IMG/VR virus record: IMGVR_UViG_3300034082_004296
Span: 1-64,000 of that record
Source: a virus
DNA: 64,000 nucleotides
Reading direction: 5' to 3' (one strand)
A program made the translations under genes and the position numbers. Positions 57,514 to 64,000 of this stretch are shown piece by piece. Position 1 is the first letter of the stretch. Every line of letters starts with the position of its first letter. The notes below the pieces were generated by a model, which did not search any database, was not told the DNA's origin, and was given only the letters and a program-made list of their open reading frames with translations.

Positions 57514-59172
57514 ATGGCACGTACTAAAATTTTCAAACGTTCAAGCGACAATCGCTTAGCGAACACATGGCAGCCGATTTTAGAAGGTTACGGTGCTGAT
57601 GTTGCTAAGACTCCATGGTTAGCTGAGTATGCTCACAACCACGCGATCTTTGATAACACTACACCTATCTTCGAGCAAACGACTCCAGGTGTATTTTTCC
57701 AAACTCCAGGTTCTCTTGGTGGTTTTATGGGGAACCCATCAGCTCCAACATCAGCAATGACTCCGTTCACTGCAGGTGCTAAGAATTCTTTCTCAGCTGA
57801 TGCTAACGGTTCAGGTGATAAATTTCCATCACTTTTACCAGTTGCTATTCAAGTAGCAGCAAAAACTATTGGTTTTGACCTAGTTCCAGTTATCCCTATG
57901 GATTCTCCAGTTGGATTCCTTCCTTACTTGGATTATCTATATGCTGGCGGTAGAACTTCTACTGGTAACTTCGATCCTTATTTGGTTAAGTTAGAAGGTT
58001 TAACATCAGATAGCTTCGCTGTTGCTCTTACTCCTGGTGATGCAGTAGCTATTGTTCCTGCTGGTGATTTCACAGCAGAGTTCGTTGGTTATTCACGTGT
58101 AGACGGTACAATAATCATCAAGATCACAGACGACGGTTCAGTTGACGGCGCTACTACTGCTGCTGCAGAGTATGTTGGTGCAGCGATTACTATCGATGGT
58201 AACGCCCTTGTTGTTGGTGCTGCATGTACTGGAGTTTCTCTAGTTTCTGCATTAGAAAACCACATCTCTGGTTTCACTTCAGTATCTGATGCAGATTACG
58301 CAACTACTCCATTCAATGGTTCTTACCTTCCTTCTACAGGATCTGTACCTGGATCAATGAAGAGAGAAGCTGGTGAAAACTCTAAATTCCGTCAAATGGG
58401 ATTAAGAATGTTCACTAAGTTTGTTGAGGCTGAGACTGACCAAGTTTCTATCTCTGCAACTGTTGAGCAGATCCAAGACTTGAACAGAGTTTGGAACTAT
58501 GACGTTATCTCTATGTTAGAGAACGTAGCGGTTAATGACTTGGCTCAATCAATCAACAAAAGATTAGTTGACCGTGTATTACAATTAGCTGATGTTCACT
58601 CTACAGAAGTTAACTTAGTTGAAGGTGGTGGTGGTGTTATTACTGACCTTGACTTGACTGCTGGTGGATTTGATAACACTTCTACATTACAAAGAAGATT
58701 AGTTACTAAAGTTCTTGAAATGGCAAACTTGATTTACCATAGAGGACGTTTCGGAGCTGGTACTTTCTTAGTAACTAATGGACGTGTTGCTTCTGCAATG
58801 GCTGATGTTGCTGGTTACTCAATCGCGCAAGTTCCAACTGATATGGGTGGAGTTGCAGGTAACCTTTACCCAGCTGGTAAAGTTTATGGAGTACAAGTTT
58901 ACGTTGATCCTAACATGGCTTGGGGAGACTCAAGAATCATGATTGGTCGTAAAGGTGCTGACGAAGAGCCAGGTGTTAAATTCATGCCATATATCATGGC
59001 TGAATCTCTTCAGACTATTTCTGAAGGTACATTCTCTCCAAAAATCGGTATGAAATCAAGATACGCGATTACTGAAGCTGGATGGCATCCTGAAACTCAG
59101 TACATTAATATTAATGTTACTGGAGCTGCTCTTGGAGTTCTTACAGGTTCAAATGTACTAGTAGGTATCTAA
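57514..59172 (+). CDS. major capsid protein (T4 gp23-like)
   Basis: DLVPVIPMDSPVG, EQIQDL, PYI...TFSPKIGMKSRYA; follows protease; strong codon bias. Confidence 0.92.
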   Translation: MARTKIFKRSSDNRLANTWQPILEGYGADVAKTPWLAEYAHNHAIFDNTTPIFEQTTPGVFFQTPGSLGGFMGNPSAPTSAMTPFTAGAKNSFSADANGSGDKFPSLLPVAIQVAAKTIGFDLVPVIPMDSPVGFLPYLDYLYAGGRTSTGNFDPYLVKLEGLTSDSFAVALTPGDAVAIVPAGDFTAEFVGYSRVDGTIIIKITDDGSVDGATTAAAEYVGAAITIDGNALVVGAACTGVSLVSALENHISGFTSVSDADYATTPFNGSYLPSTGSVPGSMKREAGENSKFRQMGLRMFTKFVEAETDQVSISATVEQIQDLNRVWNYDVISMLENVAVNDLAQSINKRLVDRVLQLADVHSTEVNLVEGGGGVITDLDLTAGGFDNTSTLQRRLVTKVLEMANLIYHRGRFGAGTFLVTNGRVASAMADVAGYSIAQVPTDMGGVAGNLYPAGKVYGVQVYVDPNMAWGDSRIMIGRKGADEEPGVKFMPYIMAESLQTISEGTFSPKIGMKSRYAITEAGWHPETQYININVTGAALGVLTGSNVLVGI

Positions 59173-59194
59173 TCTTAATAGACAGATATAAATT

Positions 59195-59223
59195 AAAGAG
59201 GATTCGAAAGAGTCCTCTTTTTT
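59195..59223 (+). terminator. intrinsic terminator after capsid gene
   Basis: aaagaggattc-gaaa-gagtcctcttt followed by T-run. Confidence 0.8.
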
Positions 59224-59260
59224 GTTTATGGAGATAAATAATAAAAAACTTATAGAAATT

Positions 59261-59629
59261 ATGACAAGTTTAATGTCAACATTCTTAGGAATACAATCTC
59301 AATTTAAAGTGTTTCATTGGCAGACACAATCTTATGCTAAACATCAAGCATATGGTGGAATATATGATACACTTAGTGAATTATCTGACGATTTTATGGA
59401 AATATACATGGGAAAATACGGTCGAGTAGCCCTAGAGGGAGATACTGATTCTATCTTATTAGGTAATATTGGAGAAGTAAACATAGAGGAATTCCTGGAC
59501 ACTATTGTAGAATTCTTATTAAGTTTTAATCATAAGCTAGATGGTAACAAGGACAGTGATCTCTTAAATCTTAGAGATGAGATGCTAGCTGCAATTAATA
59601 AGCTTAAATACTTATTAACTCTAAAATAA
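59261..59629 (+). CDS. ferritin/Dps-like four-helix protein
   Basis: FHWQTQSYAKHQAY...DDFMEIYMG...LRDEM...KYLLTL; start moved to ATG 59261 after late promoter 59233-59240. Confidence 0.7.
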   Translation: MTSLMSTFLGIQSQFKVFHWQTQSYAKHQAYGGIYDTLSELSDDFMEIYMGKYGRVALEGDTDSILLGNIGEVNIEEFLDTIVEFLLSFNHKLDGNKDSDLLNLRDEMLAAINKLKYLLTLK

Positions 59630-59640
59630 TTTTAAGAAAG

Positions 59641-60246
59641 ATGTCATTTATAAATTGGGGACACGAGACACCTGAACAATTACAGGCTCGTAAAAAAATG
59701 GAAGATACTCTTCTTTTTGAACAGGCAGCATATAGTGCGGCAATGGCGGCAGCTGCCGCTGCGGGATCAAGCGCACCACTTAGTACATACATTGTGACTA
59801 TCGATACTGCATGGCTATATCCAATAGCTGATATTGACTATGTTCTTGAAACTACTGAGATTAACTTTGTACAGGAAGGAAATGATCTTATTTTTAATAC
59901 ACTAGGCGATCTTACTGATTTTTACGATGAGGTATTTATTAAAACATCTGAGAGTCAGCCAGTAGGGAATGTTGGATATTCACTTGGAGTAGGTACACTA
60001 TTGTTAGAAAAGAGAAAATCTCTTAATTTAAAACTTAGTACTGGAGAAAAGGTTGTTACGTGGAGATTATTTGAACAATTAACAAATCAAGAGGACGTAC
60101 TTAGTCCAGGAAATTCGCCAGATGGCACCATTGGATATGGTTCTATCTACAACGATTATGATCTAAATGGAATACAAGATCCAACTAATGCAAGCCCGCC
60201 TCCTGCATATTCAGATCCACTCAGAATTATTAAGTATATTGATTAA
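59641..60246 (+). CDS. MSFINWG-leader family protein 4
   Basis: MSFINWGHETPEQ...AAAAAGSS leader; unique body. Confidence 0.8.
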   Translation: MSFINWGHETPEQLQARKKMEDTLLFEQAAYSAAMAAAAAAGSSAPLSTYIVTIDTAWLYPIADIDYVLETTEINFVQEGNDLIFNTLGDLTDFYDEVFIKTSESQPVGNVGYSLGVGTLLLEKRKSLNLKLSTGEKVVTWRLFEQLTNQEDVLSPGNSPDGTIGYGSIYNDYDLNGIQDPTNASPPPAYSDPLRIIKYID

Positions 60247-60251
60247 ACAAC

Positions 60252-60279
60252 AAAAGAGGACTTATGTGTCCTCTTTTTT
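60252..60279. terminator. bidirectional intrinsic terminator
   Basis: aaaagaggac-ttatgt-gtcctcttttt. Confidence 0.8.
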
Positions 60280-60282
60280 AGT

Positions 60283-60471
60283 ATGGCGGGCTCTCTTAAC
60301 CGAGAGAATAAACTAGTTCAAATGAAATTTGAGTTTATGATGGCATCCTTTTGAGCTCGTGAATCTTGAATTTTGAATATTCATCGCAATCAAACATCGG
60401 TTCTAGATAGTGTGTAGGGCATTGCTGCTCTTATAAACTTGCATACTCTTGCTCAGGTTAAGATCGCCCAT
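60283..60471 (-). ncRNA. candidate structured RNA downstream of DIP1984-like gene
   Basis: long closing helix with tandem GA/GA loop and G-U pair on minus strand; internal 7-nt TCA repeats. Confidence 0.55.
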
Positions 60472-60900
60472 TTAGATCTCAGTAGTATGATTAAATTTAT
60501 CTAGTTTTTCCTGTATCAATTCGATCTTGTTTTCGATCTCATCAATCTTGGCATCTTGCCATAGGATATCAAGCTCAGCATTCATCACAGTTGTGACGTT
60601 TTCGTATCTTTCTCTCCAAGTACCATTAGCAGTACTTACGGATCTTACTCTTTGTACCAGAGCTTTTAATTCAGAAAGCTCAAAAACTAGTGATCTAATT
60701 GGTTCAGAAGCAGTGTGGATTCGGGTCTTTAATTCGACTAAGTTAGCCAATTCGTTCTCAGCTTGTAAATAGAGATCTTTAGTACTATATGGTCTCTCTG
60801 CTCCCTCTTGAACAGAGTTATAACGATGGATCTTTTCCCAAATCTTCTGGATTCCAGCGATCTTTTTATTCTTTTCCTTTAGAGCTTGTGCGATTGTCAT
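60472..60900 (-). CDS. DIP1984-like coiled-coil protein
   Basis: MTIAQALKEKNK...NSVQEG.ERPY...LKTRIHTA...IQEKLDKFNHTTEI pattern. Confidence 0.65.
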   Translation of the reverse strand: MTIAQALKEKNKKIAGIQKIWEKIHRYNSVQEGAERPYSTKDLYLQAENELANLVELKTRIHTASEPIRSLVFELSELKALVQRVRSVSTANGTWRERYENVTTVMNAELDILWQDAKIDEIENKIELIQEKLDKFNHTTEI

Positions 60901-61159
60901 AATTATTATTTTTTTGTTTTTTAGTTACTCGTCGTCGATACTTCCTTAAATCATTAACTAGAATAACTTTAGGTGCAGTACCATTATAGATAGGATCATT
61001 TTGCCAAGTAGTATAGATTAGTCTACCCATTTGATCGTTAATGATATAAATAGTAGAACGATCAGCTGTTGCAACAACATACTCATTAGAAATAGGCTCT
61101 TGTAAAAAGCTTAAGTTAACACAGGCTGTCAGAAAAAGGATTAATATAATTGTTTTCAT
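60866..61159 (-). CDS. putative secreted/lipoprotein
   Basis: MKTIILILFLTAC signal-like N-terminus. Confidence 0.55.
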   Translation of the reverse strand: MKTIILILFLTACVNLSFLQEPISNEYVVATADRSTIYIINDQMGRLIYTTWQNDPIYNGTAPKVILVNDLRKYRRRVTKKQKNNNYDNRTSSKGKE

Positions 61160-61165
61160 GATTAA

Positions 61166-61396
61166 TTATACTATTACTTCAGGGTAAGGTTTCCATTCTA
61201 CCTCTTCTTCGTTCCTTCTGAAGGCAAGAAGTATCTCGCCAGACTCATCTTTACCGATAGCCACAAATCCATACCCTTCACAGATATGTGGAAGATAGAA
61301 ACCATTTTCAATCTTGGAGGCTATTTCTAAGATATCAAAGTCCCATCCAAACTCAGGATCTTTGTGTTCACAATATTGTTTTGAAAACTCTGCCAT
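61166..61396 (-). CDS. hypothetical protein
   Basis: MAEFSKQYC...ICEGYG. Confidence 0.65.
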   Translation of the reverse strand: MAEFSKQYCEHKDPEFGWDFDILEIASKIENGFYLPHICEGYGFVAIGKDESGEILLAFRRNEEEVEWKPYPEVIV

Positions 61397-61420
61397 TCTA
61401 TTTAGATTTAATTAATAATC

Positions 61421-61460
61421 ATTAATAGTTAGTAATAATTATTAATAGTTAGTAATAATT
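61421..61460. repeat. perfect 20-bp tandem duplication
   Basis: attaatagttagtaataatt x2. Confidence 0.9.
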
Positions 61461-61587
61461 ATTCTTTTGTATCAAGAAATTCCTCAAACCACAAAAAAAG
61501 AAGAATACCAGGTATAGTTAAAATAATTCCTGGAAGTATAAACAAAGCAATTATGGATCTGCCAACCACCGTCAAGTATTTTTTCAT
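61459..61587 (-). CDS. 42-aa membrane protein (not in ORF track)
   Basis: MKKYLTVVGRSIIALFILPGIILTIPGILLFLWFEEFLDTKE; ATGA overlap with upstream ORF. Confidence 0.5.
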   Translation of the reverse strand: MKKYLTVVGRSIIALFILPGIILTIPGILLFLWFEEFLDTKE

Positions 61588-61826
61588 TTTATTAGTTTTA
61601 CTCTTGTTACTTCACCCTTTCTATTTACTCGATACTTTATTTTAAACGTATCTACCATTATTGTATACTGTTCATTTAGATGAAGACAATTCCACTCACA
61701 GTTATCGTGGTGATATAGGTGAACGTGTATCTCGTCTAGTTTTTTACACTTTAGATATTGTACTCTTTGATGATTCCAATTAGAACAACTAGTTAGCAAT
61801 AAAAGTAATATTAATAGTCTCTTCAT
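61584..61826 (-). CDS. putative lipoprotein
   Basis: MKRLLILLLLLTSC lipobox. Confidence 0.6.
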   Translation of the reverse strand: MKRLLILLLLLTSCSNWNHQRVQYLKCKKLDEIHVHLYHHDNCEWNCLHLNEQYTIMVDTFKIKYRVNRKGEVTRVKLIK

Positions 61827-61836
61827 AATATAGATC

Positions 61837-63204
61837 TTAGCTATTATACTCTTTTTGAAGTGCTTTTTTCAATTCTTGTAAATCTTCTCGATACATGTTC
61901 AGAGGCTCCTTCTTCTTAATCTCTTCAAGTTCCCTCTCTTTTTGAAACTCAGCACTTATTAAGTCTTCATATGTTTCCTTAGTAAGTGAATGAATCGGCA
62001 TCCCTAATAGGTATTGATATGATCCATTTATCTCATCAAAGTTATCTGTCTCCAAGTAGAGAATTATCTCTTTTCTAGGAACATTATTGATCTTTAACTT
62101 ACCCTCAATTATGGCTTTTACGAAACGTGCTCTATTTGAGAGTAGAGCGAGTTCTTGATTTAGAGTATCAATAATAAATTGCTTTCTCTTTTCATAAAAA
62201 GTGAGCCTAAATTGAACGAAATATTCAATAATCTCACTGGCTGAATTAAAGATTTTTAATTTACCGTGTTCGTCCAATACTGTAAAGTTCTCAGTCTGGC
62301 GTTCTTCCATCTTTAGGAGTCTCTTTAATCTTACTGAGTCACCTAACATCTTAAGATCTTCTCGTCTAAACTTAAGAACATAATTGATGTTAGACTTGCA
62401 GTTATTTTCGTAACTTGCAATTCTTCGGGAATCTTCAAGATCGATTAAGTGCTGGTCGAATTTTTCATAAGTAACAGAAGGAGGAAGCTCTGTAATATTC
62501 ACAGTCGTGGTATTTTTTACTTCATACTTTCCACTAAATATCCATGAAAACTTTTCGGGGTCTATTAGTTCGCAACCTCCAATAAACTCTCTGTTCCATG
62601 GAGTAGGTTCAGCATATTTTTTACCCTCTAGAGATTTTAAACAGGCATCGATTAGGCTAATTGGATTGCGATTTAATATATTTGTTGCGAAGCCTACTGC
62701 AATCCCGCTACCGCCATTCAGGAGGACAGTTGGGATAATAGGTAAGAAATATTTAGGTTCGATCTCATTGCCTTCCTCGTATCGAGATTCTAATAATTCA
62801 AAATCTTTATATAGGAGTCTAAAGTTCTTATGTAACTTGGTTGCTATATAACGAGGAGCGGCTGCTTCTGGCGAACGTAAGGATCCAAACTGACCAATAT
62901 CTTCTAATACTGGCATTGAGTTCTTAAACCTTTGTGCCATGCCAATAATTGCTGAATTAAGAGAGCCGTCTCCATGGTGATAAAAAGCGTCTGCCGCCAC
63001 CCGACCGGCTAATTGAAAGATCTTCATTGGTTTTTCTGAACCGTTCTTCCATACTTTATTTGCAACAAAGATTACTTTGCGTTGAGTTGGCTTGAATCCA
63101 TCGATCACTGATGGAATTGCCCGCTCTTCAACGACATATACTGCATACTCCTTATAGTCGTTATCTAAATAGTCGGTTACTGTCTTTATTTCTGGCTTTC
63201 GCAT
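61837..63204 (-). CDS. type II DNA topoisomerase, GyrA-like subunit (T4 gp52-like)
   Basis: DGFKPTQRK, YHHGD, AAAPRY catalytic Tyr, NGGSGIAVGFAT. Confidence 0.92.
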   Translation of the reverse strand: MRKPEIKTVTDYLDNDYKEYAVYVVEERAIPSVIDGFKPTQRKVIFVANKVWKNGSEKPMKIFQLAGRVAADAFYHHGDGSLNSAIIGMAQRFKNSMPVLEDIGQFGSLRSPEAAAPRYIATKLHKNFRLLYKDFELLESRYEEGNEIEPKYFLPIIPTVLLNGGSGIAVGFATNILNRNPISLIDACLKSLEGKKYAEPTPWNREFIGGCELIDPEKFSWIFSGKYEVKNTTTVNITELPPSVTYEKFDQHLIDLEDSRRIASYENNCKSNINYVLKFRREDLKMLGDSVRLKRLLKMEERQTENFTVLDEHGKLKIFNSASEIIEYFVQFRLTFYEKRKQFIIDTLNQELALLSNRARFVKAIIEGKLKINNVPRKEIILYLETDNFDEINGSYQYLLGMPIHSLTKETYEDLISAEFQKERELEEIKKKEPLNMYREDLQELKKALQKEYNS

Positions 63205-63527
63205 TTAAAATAATTGTTTTCTATAAGATACTCATAAAGACCTTCAAGATCTTTACATATTTCCACTTGTTCACCATCATTGATCTTAGAATATGCATTC
63301 ATTTCTGGATTTCCTACACCGTCTTGTAAATAGTTTTTCTCATACATAAACCAATTAAACCAGTCTAATCCTTCAGCTGTTAAGATTTCTCCCCAAAGAT
63401 ACTCGATTACGACATGGTAGCCTTCAGTAAACTCTATTAAATCGACTCCCTGTTCATAGGATTTATCAATCCGTGATGAGTTTTGGACCATCTGGTCAGT
63501 GATAAATTTAAAGTGTTCAAATGTCAT
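63186..63527 (-). CDS. hypothetical protein
   Basis: 113-aa ORF between topoisomerase subunits. Confidence 0.65.
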   Translation of the reverse strand: MTFEHFKFITDQMVQNSSRIDKSYEQGVDLIEFTEGYHVVIEYLWGEILTAEGLDWFNWFMYEKNYLQDGVGNPEMNAYSKINDGEQVEICKDLEGLYEYLIENNYFKCESQK

Positions 63528-63558
63528 AAGTTGGGATTTTCTTATCTTTTACTTGGGC

Positions 63559-63669
63559 CTAAACTAAAGTTTTGATTGCCCATGAAATGAGACCTATTAT
63601 GGATCCCATTATAATCATCCAAATAAAGACAAACTTAGGCCTTCTTTCAAACTCGTTGTAGTATTTCAT
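63559..63669 (-). CDS. 36-aa membrane protein (not in ORF track)
   Basis: MKYYNEFERRPKFVFIWMIIMGSIIGLISWAIKTLV. Confidence 0.4.
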   Translation of the reverse strand: MKYYNEFERRPKFVFIWMIIMGSIIGLISWAIKTLV

Positions 63670-63675
63670 TAGTTA

Positions 63676-64000
63676 TTAGTTATTTCCAAGGATTCTGTCC
63701 TTTCGTGGTTGAGAATCCTTACCAAACCATGACTCAAGTGAGTCTCGATAGTCTTTATCGTTCTTGATTTGCACAAGATAAGGATTTTTGATTATTTCTT
63801 CGTATTCGGCGTCCTCGAGGGCTCCCAATCCCTTTTTGTATTCGATTTCCCAAGAAGAGGTCTTATTCTTCCTCAGCCAGGCATCAAACTCTTCATTTGT
63901 GTAAAAATTAAGTGAGTCTTTGCCTTTTTTAGCGACAACTAGTGGAGTCATTACCTTGTATACCCTACCTTGGTCAAAAAGTTCGGGCCAAAAGCGATTA
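63676..64000 (-). CDS. type II DNA topoisomerase, GyrB-like subunit C-terminus (partial)
   Basis: frame open to window edge; WPELF...TPLV...YKKGLGAL...WFGKDSQPRK. Confidence 0.85.
   Translation of the reverse strand, partial: NRFWPELFDQGRVYKVMTPLVVAKKGKDSLNFYTNEEFDAWLRKNKTSSWEIEYKKGLGALEDAEYEEIIKNPYLVQIKNDKDYRDSLESWFGKDSQPRKDRILGNN

Noticed and set aside
689-63329. Many short ORFs antisense to or nested in longer genes (e.g. 689-970, 8940-9233, 20970-21326, 48665-49204, 52108-52674, 62507-62851)
   Set aside because: Shadow frames of well-supported genes, with no promoter, start context or motifs
1-64000. Stop-codon reassignment as in some jumbo phages
   Set aside because: Core genes are full length in the standard code, and TAA, TAG and TGA all end genes

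Overview
64-kb segment of a large T4-like (jumbo-type) tailed phage genome, standard genetic code, no tRNA/rRNA/CRISPR seen. Core genes: portal, gp4 head-completion nuclease, gp2-like, neck gp13-like, baseplate gp25/gp53/gp5-like, prohead protease fused to a repeat scaffold, major capsid protein, primase, a stand-alone C-terminal half of a family B DNA polymerase, UvsW, UvsY-like, PhoH, DnaJ and type II topoisomerase subunits. A-rich, SD-less start regions, signal peptides with Gln at +1 and a Bacteroidota-like CphA domain suggest a Bacteroidota host (inference). Two promoter classes are visible: a late RATAAATA motif and a TTTAAH/NAAAC-N17-18-TATAAT motif. Most notable: (1) an integron-like array of attC-bounded gene cassettes at the left edge; (2) a DIP1984-like coiled-coil gene followed by a ~190-nt rod-shaped RNA with 7-nt TCA repeats, a candidate RNP system; (3) a stand-alone cyanophycin synthetase N-domain with an intact Cx19HxxEH hydrolase site and a capsid-targeting-like tag; (4) about 25 late proteins with T4 capsid-targeting-like K-x-F/Y-x-x-F/W-x-N-E motifs that resemble the scaffold's 14-aa repeat; (5) four proteins sharing an MSFINWG...poly-Ala leader on unrelated bodies; (6) a tandemly duplicated convergent pair of a putative virion cargo protein and a secreted protein, resembling effector/immunity pairs. 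All family assignments are by eye from motifs; no database searches were run.
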